Below, one piece after another: positions 50,046 to 58,005 of a DNA stretch of 64,000 bases. Source of the DNA: Candidatus Iainarchaeum sp. (GTDB lineage Archaea > Iainarchaeota > Iainarchaeia > Iainarchaeales > JAFCCW01); NCBI GenBank assembly GCA_017609985.1, contig JAFCCW010000004.1, forward strand, positions 15,899 to 79,898. The letters run 5' to 3'. How positions within the stretch are numbered: position 1 is the first letter of the stretch; each line of letters starts with the position of its first letter. The position numbers were made by a program, and so were the translations under genes. The notes beneath the pieces were generated by a model. The model saw nothing but the letters and a program-made list of their open reading frames with translations. It made no database searches and was not told the DNA's origin.

Positions 50046-50889
50046 CCTGTTTCACCTTCAATAAAGAATTTAGGTGGCTTCTTATTTTAATTGCTTTTCC
50101 TGAAAAATCAACCTGTTCAATCGCAAGTCTTGTTCCCTTTTTTGCAAGCAGGTCTCCACCTTCAACAGCTTTCTTTAGTTTCTCTTGTCCAAGAGCAATT
50201 GCGTAAAAAGGAGCAAGTGATTCACAATTAATATAAACATCTGATTCTTTCTTCACGTTCTCTCTTTTCTCCACTCCACCGTATCCTGCAAAAAGCCCCA
50301 CCTGATTTTTTACTTCAAGATCGCTTGACCCGTCACCAGTGTATATTATTTCCTCTGGCTTCGCTCCAATTGATTTAATCATCTCAATCTTTCCCTCGCT
50401 TTTCCATAAGGGGGATTTTTTATCAAATCCGATGAATTCCTGTTTTTTTCCATTTTCAAAATCAGAGTAATTCCACCAGTTTCCTGAAAGCTGGTCAAAG
50501 AACAATGGAACTGCGAGCACGTTCTTTTTTCTTATTCCAAGTCTCCAGGCAAATTTTTTCACTGGCTCTGAATAGCCTCCGCTTACAACAAAAACTTCAA
50601 TTCCATTTTTCCTTAGACTTTCCACAGTTTGCTTTGCATCTTCAACTGCATTCTTTGTGTAAAGCTTCACCAGCTTTTCAATCTGTTCTCTTGACGGATT
50701 AATTATTTTCAGTCTTTTTTGAAAAACCTGTTCAAGTGGAATCTCTCCATCCATTGCTTTTTTTGTAAGCTCTTCAACTGCCTCAAACTTTCCCGCCAAG
50801 CGTGCTAGCTCGTCAATTCCCTCTATTCGTGAAAGCGTGGAATCACAATCAAAAACCGCAACTCTAAAACTGTTATCAAACAAGAACAA
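50038..50889 (-). CDS. serB: phosphoserine phosphatase (HAD superfamily)
   Basis: HAD motif I VAVFDCDSTL, motif III K, motif IV GDGSSD. Operon context with serA. Confidence 0.75.
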   Translation of the reverse strand: MFLFDNSFRVAVFDCDSTLSRIEGIDELARLAGKFEAVEELTKKAMDGEIPLEQVFQKRLKIINPSREQIEKLVKLYTKNAVEDAKQTVESLRKNGIEVFVVSGGYSEPVKKFAWRLGIRKKNVLAVPLFFDQLSGNWWNYSDFENGKKQEFIGFDKKSPLWKSEGKIEMIKSIGAKPEEIIYTGDGSSDLEVKNQVGLFAGYGGVEKRENVKKESDVYINCESLAPFYAIALGQEKLKKAVEGGDLLAKKGTRLAIEQVDFSGKAIKIRSHLNSLLKVKQDD

Positions 50890-51023
50890 GCACCACCAAA
50901 AATTTTTGAATGCCTGCTTTATAGTGAGCAGGAAGATGACGAACTAGAACAAGAGCAAAAAACTGAATTTCTCAGGGCCATCATAAAATAATAAAGGCTC
51001 TACTTGTTTTTATTCTTTTCCAA

Positions 51024-51758
51024 CTATGAAAAAACTAGTTTAAACAAATACATTAAGCTTATTCCAATCGCAAAAGCTCCAAGCGCAGCAACAGACTTTT
51101 TCCAGCTTGTTTCCTTTTTTATTTCCGGAATCAAGCCAGATGCTGCAATGTACATAAAACTTCCAGCAGTAAATGGGATAAGAGAAACAGCAAGCCAGCC
51201 AATATTTCCCATTATAAAATACCCTACAAGTCCGCCGATTATAACAGTCAGTGCAGAAGCAAAATTAAACAAAAGAGCTTTCATTTTGCTGAATCCGCCA
51301 TAAACAAGAACTCCAAAATCGCCTATCTCCTGTGGAATTTCATGAAGTGCAACAGCAAAAAACGTGGTTATTCCAAGCTCAAAACTGGTTAGAAAAGATG
51401 CAGCTAAAATTAACCCATCAATAAAATTATGAAAACCATCTCCAATAAGAATCAGGTATGACAAAGAATGCTGTTCACATTTTCCGCTGTGACAGTGATG
51501 CCAGTGAAGAAATTTTTCAATCGCCAAAAAAACACTAAATCCAATTATTGCAAGAACAAACGCACCAATTCCTGGAATTTGCTCTGCAGCTTCAGGCAGC
51601 AGATGGAGTAAGGCACCGCCCATAAAAGCTCCTGCTGATAGTCCAACAAGAACAAGCAGTATCTTGTCCAAAATCTTGTCATTAATTGCAAGTGATACAA
51701 TGCCTACAAATGCAATAAGTGCAATCGCAAAACTGCTTCCTAAAATCCATTCAAGTAT
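51024..51758 (-). CDS. ZIP-family divalent metal transporter (ZupT-like); start codon unresolved
   Basis: HNFIDGLILAASF and HEIPQEIGDFGVL ZIP signatures. The ORF track starts it at TTG 51671. The preceding 29 in-frame codons (ILEWILGSSFAIALIAFVGIVSLAINDKI) encode a typical ZIP TM1 and begin right after the TAG of the upstream gene; there is no ATG, GTG or TTG among them. Confidence 0.6.
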   Translation of the reverse strand: MLEWILGSSFAIALIAFVGIVSLAINDKILDKILLVLVGLSAGAFMGGALLHLLPEAAEQIPGIGAFVLAIIGFSVFLAIEKFLHWHHCHSGKCEQHSLSYLILIGDGFHNFIDGLILAASFLTSFELGITTFFAVALHEIPQEIGDFGVLVYGGFSKMKALLFNFASALTVIIGGLVGYFIMGNIGWLAVSLIPFTAGSFMYIAASGLIPEIKKETSWKKSVAALGAFAIGISLMYLFKLVFS

Positions 51759-52649
51759 CTAATCACCTATTTCTCCAAGAACACTTTCAACAATTGGCTC
51801 GAACAGTTTTTCAATCTTTGTACTGAATTCAACAGCAGGTTTCAGTTCCACAAGAGACTTTACAAAATCCTTGTCATAGGGGATTTTTCCAAGAACAGGA
51901 ATCCCACTCTCTTTCGCAAAGATCTCTATTTCCTCTGTTTTTTCAGGATTCAAATCCCATTGATTAATTATTATTCCATAAGGAATTCCAAATTGTTCCA
52001 CAACCTGTAGGGCTCGTTTAAGGTCACTAAATCCGCTGGGGGTTGTTTCAGCTATTCCAACAACAAAATCGCTTTCCCTTACTGCCGCAATAACCGGGCA
52101 ACCAATTCCAGCAGCAGCATCCACTATAACCAATTCTGTATTTTCTTCTTCCGCAAGCTCTCTTGCAGCTTGCTTTACTTCATCAACAACTTTTCCAGAA
52201 CCAGATTCTCCCATTTCAAGCTGGGCTCCAACCATCTTGAACCCATAATCTGTTTCTCCTCTCACTGCACTTGCATTCTCTATTTCCACAAGCTTGATTG
52301 CTCCAGCAGGACAGGCAAGAGCACATGCTCCGCAGCCCTCACAAAGAAATCTATTGAACACTGGTTTCTCTCCTGGTTTCCACGAAATCGCATTAAAGGC
52401 ACAAATCTCCGCACACTTTCCGCAAGCAAGACATTTTTCTTCTGAAAAACTTGACTTGTGAGCCGCCTTTATTTTTTCTACTTCTTTTAACTTGTTTTTA
52501 AGACCAAGGGAAATTGCAAGATTTGGAGCATCAACATCAGCATCAACTGCCACAATCTTTTTTTCTTTTGCAATCATTACTGCAAGCGATGCGGTTATGG
52601 TTGTCTTTCCCGTGCCACCCTTTCCTGACAAAATAGTTAGGGTCTTCAT
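51759..52649 (-). CDS. MinD/ParA-superfamily P-loop ATPase with inserted 2x[4Fe-4S] ferredoxin domain (COG1149-type)
   Basis: Deviant Walker A GKGGTGKTT, the insert CLACGKCAEIC...CEGCGACALACP, and a downstream ATPase half. Confidence 0.8.
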   Translation of the reverse strand: MKTLTILSGKGGTGKTTITASLAVMIAKEKKIVAVDADVDAPNLAISLGLKNKLKEVEKIKAAHKSSFSEEKCLACGKCAEICAFNAISWKPGEKPVFNRFLCEGCGACALACPAGAIKLVEIENASAVRGETDYGFKMVGAQLEMGESGSGKVVDEVKQAARELAEEENTELVIVDAAAGIGCPVIAAVRESDFVVGIAETTPSGFSDLKRALQVVEQFGIPYGIIINQWDLNPEKTEEIEIFAKESGIPVLGKIPYDKDFVKSLVELKPAVEFSTKIEKLFEPIVESVLGEIGD

Positions 52650-53488
52650 TTTAACACCTCCACTGCATCAGCTATTGCTTCAATTTCCTTTCCACTAATT
52701 GCCTCACCCAAAGAATATTTTTTTCTTATTTCTTTACTGTAAGGAATTTTTCCAACAAGCTCTGCATTAAATTTCTTTGCAATCTCTTCCACTTTTTCAC
52801 TTTCTGCAATTCCTGCCTTGTTCAAAATAAGGTTTTTTGAAATTCCAAGCACGTCAAGAAGCTTTAAAATAAGCTGCACATCATGCTCCCCCAAGGGAGT
52901 TGGCTCTGTCACAGCAAACGCATGTTCCACACCGACCAGTGCAGAAATAACATTGCAATGCGTTCCAGCAGCAGTATCTACAAGAACATAGTCAAATTCT
53001 TTCTCTATTTCAGTTGCCTTCTTCATCAAAGCATGGACAATTGGAGAGGCTTCTTCAAAACCTATTTTTATTTCTCCAGTGAGAAGAGTAATTCCATCTT
53101 TTTCTCCTTTGTAAATAGCACCTATATTTTGCGTGTCATAGCTTATTGCTCCCACTGGACATGCAAGACTGCAGGCACCGCATCCAGTGCACTGTTCTTT
53201 TACAAGAATAGGAGTTCTGTTTTTTACAAAAACAATAGCATTCTCCATGCAGTGCTCTGAGCACTTTCCGCACTTGGTGCATTTTTTCGAATCAAAAACA
53301 GGAATTTTTCCCTTAATATCATCAATTTTTTTTCTCTCGATTGAAAGAATCAAGTCGTCATTAGGACAGTCTACATCCGCGTCCACTAAAAGAACTTTCT
53401 TTCCTCTTTTCCCAAGCTCTGTAGCCAAAGCTGTTGAGACAAGGCTCTTGCCTGTCCCTCCCTTTCCGCCAGTTATTCCAAGTTTCAT
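52646..53488 (-). CDS. MinD/ParA-superfamily P-loop ATPase with inserted ferredoxin domain (paralogue, COG1149-type)
   Basis: GGKGGTGKSL; CTKCGKCSEHC...CTGCGACSLACP. Overlaps the downstream paralogue by 4 nt. Confidence 0.8.
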   Translation of the reverse strand: MKLGITGGKGGTGKSLVSTALATELGKRGKKVLLVDADVDCPNDDLILSIERKKIDDIKGKIPVFDSKKCTKCGKCSEHCMENAIVFVKNRTPILVKEQCTGCGACSLACPVGAISYDTQNIGAIYKGEKDGITLLTGEIKIGFEEASPIVHALMKKATEIEKEFDYVLVDTAAGTHCNVISALVGVEHAFAVTEPTPLGEHDVQLILKLLDVLGISKNLILNKAGIAESEKVEEIAKKFNAELVGKIPYSKEIRKKYSLGEAISGKEIEAIADAVEVLK

Positions 53489-53490
53489 TT

Positions 53491-53829
53491 TTACACCTCA
53501 AAGTCTTCCAAAGCTTTTATTACCTGCTGCATATACATTAAGGCAGGACCCCCGCCCATCATTGTGGCAACCCATGCAGCTTCCATTATTTCTTCTTTTT
53601 TAGCTCCGCTCTCCAACGCATTTTTTATGTGAAATGCAATGCACCATTTGCATTGAGAATTCACTGATAATGCAACTAAGATAAGTTCTTTGTTTTTTTT
53701 AGATATTGCTCCTTCTTTTTCCACAGCATGCATAAATTCGTGAAAACTTTTCATTTGTTCAGGATATTCTTTTCCAAACTGTGCAAGATTTTTATTTATC
53801 TCCTCTAAGTATTTGTTTGAATCATTCAT
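53491..53829 (-). CDS. carboxymuconolactone decarboxylase-family (AhpD-like) protein
   Basis: AhpD-core CxxC-H motif NSQCKWCIAFH within an all-alpha ~110-aa protein. Confidence 0.7.
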   Translation of the reverse strand: MNDSNKYLEEINKNLAQFGKEYPEQMKSFHEFMHAVEKEGAISKKNKELILVALSVNSQCKWCIAFHIKNALESGAKKEEIMEAAWVATMMGGGPALMYMQQVIKALEDFEV

Positions 53830-53840
53830 TCTATTGCCTC

Positions 53841-54173
53841 CTAATGCCCACAGCTTTCTGTTAGATCTTCAAGAAAGTCAAGGTTTTCAACAACTTCTTT
53901 AACTGTTCTATAATCGCCAGTTTTAAGAATTATTTTTCTATTTTTACATTCCTCTATTGCATTCATTCCCAGCCCGTGTGAAAAAATAGCATCTACTTTT
54001 TTTTCATCCAATGCAAGCACTGGCGAACAACCCGAACTCATTTGGTTAACTTTCACAAACTCTAAACTTTTCGTTTCAGAATCATACACTGCGAGAAAAA
54101 CAACATGCCCAAAATGGGGTGCGATTTCAGATTCCAATCCTTTATTATCTAATACTGGAATTCCAATTTTCAT
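53841..54173 (-). CDS. NifX/NifB-C-terminal-like (dinitrogenase FeMo-cofactor-binding fold, COG1433) protein
   Basis: MKIGIPVLDNKGLESEIAPHFGHVVFLAVYD...VDAIFSHGLGMNAIEEC, the family N-terminal signature. Confidence 0.75.
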   Translation of the reverse strand: MKIGIPVLDNKGLESEIAPHFGHVVFLAVYDSETKSLEFVKVNQMSSGCSPVLALDEKKVDAIFSHGLGMNAIEECKNRKIILKTGDYRTVKEVVENLDFLEDLTESCGH

Positions 54174-54442
54174 TCCGAATCAGCTCCGTTTTTTGTTTCT
54201 TCTAACTTTTTTGCATTTTGCTCTTCAATTAATTTTATTCCAAGCCCTTTAAACCCATAAAAAGAAAAATATGCTGAAGCAAAGAAAACAATTAACAAAA
54301 AGACATTTCCAAAAGAAAGCAATCCAAACACAATAAACATTGCAGGATAAAGATAACGTCTATACCAGCAGCTTTCCTCGTTTACAGTAAAATAATATAT
54401 AAGCGTAAACAGTAACGCAATAATTCCAAAAATTTCATTCAT
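54170..54442 (-). CDS. small two-TM membrane protein (90 aa)
   Basis: Two hydrophobic helices. It overlaps its neighbours by 4 and 8 nt, which suggests operon coupling. Confidence 0.45.
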   Translation of the reverse strand: MNEIFGIIALLFTLIYYFTVNEESCWYRRYLYPAMFIVFGLLSFGNVFLLIVFFASAYFSFYGFKGLGIKLIEEQNAKKLEETKNGADSE

Positions 54443-55700
54443 TCAAACCATCTCCTTTCTTTGTGTGCTTATCAAGCCTTTCAAGTTTTCCCCCTGCAAA
54501 ATTTTTTGCAACCTCTTCAACAGTTTTTCCCTTAAGAAAATAAATATCTACGAAATGGTCTCTGATTGTGTGAAAAGAAATTTCCCCAAGATTTGAAGTA
54601 ACAAGAGCATCTGCTTTCTCTTTGCAGATAAGATTGGATGCGTCCAACCCTGCTTTGACATTTTTTTTAGTGAATGGATTTTTCTTGCAGTAATGCTCTA
54701 CAATTTCTCCGCTGTCTGAATTAATTGTTACAAAAATGAATTTCTTTGCTCTGCCAAACTTTCCCAAGGCAATACTTTCAAGACCATTATCTTCTTCAAC
54801 AGGAATAGCAATTTTTTGTTCAACTGTCTTAAATGGTTCTATGTGAATGCTTATTCTTTCAACTTCGGGAATTGCATTCATAACTCTTTTCTCGATTCTG
54901 TCAGAAATTGCATGAGCTCTCTGCACATCAATATTTTTCTTGATTTTTATTATAATTTCTCCAAAAATAAACGGACCTGCTTTTCTCAGCATAATGTTTC
55001 CTATTCCTGCCACGTTTGGAACACTGCTTACAATTCTTGTAACCCTGCTTTCAACTTCCTTGCTTGCGCCAACATCCATTAGCGCAAAAACAGAGTCTCT
55101 TGCATTTTCAAAACCGATTTTTAAAATCATCAAAGAAATTGCAATAGTTATTGCTCCCTCTACATATGGAACACTAAAATAAGAAAGCAGAATAGCAATG
55201 AAAACAATTCCTGACGCAAGAATATCAACTTTTTTGTCGTCAGCATTTGCCTTAAGCGAATCAGACTTTGTTTCTTCACCAATCTTTTTCAAATATCTTT
55301 CATTCCAAAAGCTTGCAATAATTGAAACCCCTGCTACTCCAAGAGCAATCAAAGGCATTTCAATATTTGATGGCAAAAATAAAGCAAGATATCCATTGTA
55401 CAATGTTTCAATTGCAGCGTAAAGAATTACAATTGAAACAGTGAGAGCTGCAAGATTTTCTGCCTTAAAATATCCATAGGGAAATTTTTCATCTGGTTCT
55501 CTTTGCGCAATTTTTAGCCCAAACCAGGCTGCTGCTCCTGCAACAAGGTCTGTTCCAGAATGAAGCGCATCACTAATCAATACAACGCTTCCAGACATCA
55601 AACCAGCTACTCCCTTTCCCAAAGCAAGAGCTAAAGAAATCAATGCAGTAACTGCTGCTGCCTTTTCTCCCCTCTTGAGAGACTTTTGCTTTTCATTCAT
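54435..55700 (-). CDS. cation diffusion facilitator (CDF) transporter with an extra C-terminal NifX-like (COG1433) domain
   Basis: CDF TM core (SDALHSGTDLVAG...) and a cytosolic CTD, then ~125 aa KIAIPVEEDNGLESIALGKFGRAKKFIFVTIN...ADALVTSNLGE matching the NifX-like fold. Confidence 0.8.
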   Translation of the reverse strand: MNEKQKSLKRGEKAAAVTALISLALALGKGVAGLMSGSVVLISDALHSGTDLVAGAAAWFGLKIAQREPDEKFPYGYFKAENLAALTVSIVILYAAIETLYNGYLALFLPSNIEMPLIALGVAGVSIIASFWNERYLKKIGEETKSDSLKANADDKKVDILASGIVFIAILLSYFSVPYVEGAITIAISLMILKIGFENARDSVFALMDVGASKEVESRVTRIVSSVPNVAGIGNIMLRKAGPFIFGEIIIKIKKNIDVQRAHAISDRIEKRVMNAIPEVERISIHIEPFKTVEQKIAIPVEEDNGLESIALGKFGRAKKFIFVTINSDSGEIVEHYCKKNPFTKKNVKAGLDASNLICKEKADALVTSNLGEISFHTIRDHFVDIYFLKGKTVEEVAKNFAGGKLERLDKHTKKGDGLNE

Positions 55701-56161
55701 TGCATTCCTCTTCTTCCTGCGCCCATTCCTCGCCCCTGACCAGCGCCTGCTCCTCTGCCTTGGCCGGCTCCAAAGCCTGCGCCCGTGGTTGGCTTTCCAC
55801 CGCTTCCCATTGGACCGGGCATGCTTAACTCTTGAAGCTTTCCGCTGGCTGCTTCAATAACACTTTTTTCAATGCTTCCGCCATTTCCAACAAAAACCTT
55901 TATTCCTAATTCATTCATTACTCCAAAAGCTCTTGGCCCCATGGCTCCGGTTACTATTGCTTCAACTCCCTCGTTTCCAATAAGCTGTGCTGCGCTGATT
56001 CCAGCCCCGCCAGCTTGCCCAACAGCTGTGTTTTGCAAACTTTTTATTTCTTTGACTTCTTCTCCTTCAACTTCTGCTATTACAAAAAATGGACATCTGC
56101 CAAAAATAGGGCTTGACTCTGCATCCAATCCTTGTCCTTGAGAACTTACTGCTATCTTCAA
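55697..56161 (-). CDS. NifX-like (COG1433) protein with Gly/Arg-rich C-terminal tail
   Basis: MKIAVSSQGQGLDAESSPIFGRCPFFVIAEV...VEAIVTGAMGPRA. Tail GAGFGAGQGRGAGAGQGRGMGAGRRGMQ. Confidence 0.7.
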   Translation of the reverse strand: MKIAVSSQGQGLDAESSPIFGRCPFFVIAEVEGEEVKEIKSLQNTAVGQAGGAGISAAQLIGNEGVEAIVTGAMGPRAFGVMNELGIKVFVGNGGSIEKSVIEAASGKLQELSMPGPMGSGGKPTTGAGFGAGQGRGAGAGQGRGMGAGRRGMQ

Positions 56162-56254
56162 AAAAAATCACCTCTAAACATAACTATGCTTTTCTTTTAT
56201 TTTAACTTATTTTATTGTAACTTGTCTTCCTTTTCTCGTGTTTTCTTATTTTTT

Positions 56255-56410
56255 CTATTCCCTAATCATTGCTGTTCCGCACTTTGAGCATTTTTGCTGA
56301 AAGCAAGGCAAGCCAGTTGAATGTGCTGACTTTGTACCGCACGAAGGACAGACACATCCTCCACCAGGCCCCTGTGCAAAACCACCCATTCTTCCTCTTC
56401 CGCTCTGCAT
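56255..56410 (-). CDS. small Gly/Arg- and Cys-rich protein (51 aa), possible zinc ribbon
   Basis: Manual translation: MQSGRGRMGGFAQGPGGGCVCPSCGTKSAHSTGLPCFQQKCSKCGTAMIRE. Below the ORF-track size cutoff. Confidence 0.45.
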   Translation of the reverse strand: MQSGRGRMGGFAQGPGGGCVCPSCGTKSAHSTGLPCFQQKCSKCGTAMIRE

Positions 56411-56464
56411 TATTATCAACTCCTTTTCTATTTATTTAAATATAGAAAAGAAAGAAAAACTGAC

Positions 56465-56851
56465 TTACTTTTCTAGTTCAGTCAGCCTTTTTTTGACTGC
56501 ATTCAGTTCTTGTTCCAATGCGCTGGCTTCCTGATTTAAAGCTTCAATTTCCTGTTGCTTAAAGTCCTGTTGCGCTACTGGTGTAGACGCATTTGCTGGA
56601 ACATTATATGCTGGTGCGCCAAGATATTGCTGTGCCTGCACTCCTGCCACAAAAAATCTTCCGCGAAAGCCTCTTCCTCGACCAAAGCCAACTCCAAAGC
56701 CTCTGCCTCTACCGAAACCTCTTCCCGCTCCAAATCCAGGGCCTGTTGCATATCCTGGTGCATTGTATCCTGCACAATATCCTGTGCCTCTTCCTGTCAT
56801 TGAACCCATTCCATTAGGTCCTGTTCTGTTTCCAAATGGCATTTTTACCAA
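56465..56851 (-). CDS. DUF5320-like protein: Gly/Arg/Phe low-complexity N-region plus C-terminal coiled coil
   Basis: MPFGNRTGPNGMGSMTGRGTGYCAGY...GRGFGRGRGFGVGFGRGRGFRGRFF, then a heptad-rich EIEALNQEASALEQELNAVKKRLTELEK. The likely true start is MPFGN at about 56842. Confidence 0.6.
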   Translation of the reverse strand: MVKMPFGNRTGPNGMGSMTGRGTGYCAGYNAPGYATGPGFGAGRGFGRGRGFGVGFGRGRGFRGRFFVAGVQAQQYLGAPAYNVPANASTPVAQQDFKQQEIEALNQEASALEQELNAVKKRLTELEK

Positions 56852-56973
56852 CCTCCGTTGTTTCTATTTTAACAATTTCCCTTTTGAAGCCCTGCTTTTT
56901 TTCCTTTCGCTCTCGGACTTCTGCTTCTTGGTCCTGTTCCGTCTCTATCCGGCATTTTACACCACCTCTTTTT

Positions 56974-57345
56974 TTACATCCATTTCATTCCTCTTCTGCC
57001 TCTTCCTCTGAAGAAAGCAGGCTGGAAAGGAATTTCCTCAATATTCTCTGATATGTCATCAATCATTTCCCCAAGGCTTTCAAAGATTGCTCCTGCCTTT
57101 CCGCTTCCCATACTGTAAAAAGAAAAATTTCCTGACTTCCTTGTCTTAACCAGCCCGACGCTTTTAAGTGCAGACAGGTGATGGGAAACAAGAGGCTGTG
57201 ACTGGTTAACCTCTATTGCAATCTGTGAAACAGATTTCTCCCCATCCTTAAGCAACTTCATTATCAAAAGCCTGTTCGGGTCTGAGAGCACGCTGAAAAC
57301 GCGTGCAAAGACAAGCGCTTCCTTTCTTTCCTTAGGTGAAATCAT
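56974..57345 (-). CDS. ArsR/SmtB-family metalloregulatory transcription factor with RG-rich C-terminal tail
   Basis: wHTH LSDPNRLLIMKLL...SVSQIAIEVNQSQPLVSHHLSALKSVGLV. Tail FFRGRGRRGMKWM. Confidence 0.8.
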   Translation of the reverse strand: MISPKERKEALVFARVFSVLSDPNRLLIMKLLKDGEKSVSQIAIEVNQSQPLVSHHLSALKSVGLVKTRKSGNFSFYSMGSGKAGAIFESLGEMIDDISENIEEIPFQPAFFRGRGRRGMKWM

Positions 57346-57367
57346 TTTACTCTATACTAATTAGCAC

Positions 57368-57391
57368 ACAAACATCTATATAAATGTTTGT
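57368..57391. promoter_or_regulatory. palindromic operator ACAAACAT-CTATATAA-ATGTTTGT overlapping a TATA-like box, upstream of the ArsR-family gene
   Basis: 8-bp perfect inverted repeat around a TATATAA core, about 25-45 nt upstream of the ATG at 57345. A third ATGTTT half-site lies at 57396-57401. Confidence 0.4.
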
Positions 57392-57407
57392 TTATATGTT
57401 TAATTCT

Positions 57408-58001
57408 TTATTTTATTCCTTTCAACACAAACATAGCTGCTTTTTGCTCTTCGCTTGATTCAAAAACATTTTCTCCTTCTATTCCAAGAAAGTATTCCTC
57501 TTCAACTTCCTTGAAATGCTTTGAGAACATATTTTTGATTTCTTTCAAATCTTTTTGTTTTATTTTGTTAAAGTAGGAGCCTGGCTTTTTGCTTTTCTCT
57601 TTGAAGTAAGATGACTCTGGGTTCAAAAGCAGAGCAATCACTTTTCCATTCTTGCCCACTACTCTTTTTGTCTCAGCCAGTGCCCTGTCTGTATCTTCCA
57701 CAAACTCCAGTGATGTCACAAACAAGGAAGCGTCAAACTCTTCGTCTTCAAAATCCAGCTTTTTTGCTTCCCCGTGCACTGTTTCCATGAAATCAGGGCA
57801 CTCTTCCAGCATTTGCCTGCTGGAGTCAAGGCATACAACTTTCTTGCCTCCAATCTGCTGCAAGCCGGCTTCCAGCACACATGGGCCGGAACCAATGCTC
57901 AGAATTTTTTTATAAGGAGCAAGCTCTTGCATTACATAAACCAATTCCTTCTCCAGCACCTGCCTGCCAAAATCGGTTTTATAGAAATCCACATAACCCA
58001 T
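57408..58001 (-). CDS. class I SAM-dependent methyltransferase
   Basis: Motif I ILSIGSGPCVLE, an acidic motif II, and motif III NGKVIALL. Confidence 0.7.
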   Translation of the reverse strand: MGYVDFYKTDFGRQVLEKELVYVMQELAPYKKILSIGSGPCVLEAGLQQIGGKKVVCLDSSRQMLEECPDFMETVHGEAKKLDFEDEEFDASLFVTSLEFVEDTDRALAETKRVVGKNGKVIALLLNPESSYFKEKSKKPGSYFNKIKQKDLKEIKNMFSKHFKEVEEEYFLGIEGENVFESSEEQKAAMFVLKGIK

Positions 58002-58005
58002 TCAA

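Noticed and set aside
50890-51023. 134-nt spacer upstream of serB considered as riboswitch or small ORF
   Set aside because: No conserved riboswitch-like motif recognisable. Candidate ATGs hit stops within a few codons.
51759-51761. Possibility that TAG is a reassigned sense codon genome-wide (e.g. Pyl)
   Set aside because: TAG cleanly terminates many conserved genes in this window at the expected protein C-termini, e.g. the COG1149 ATPase itself and the 51-aa Cys-rich peptide. Only the local ZIP junction is flagged.
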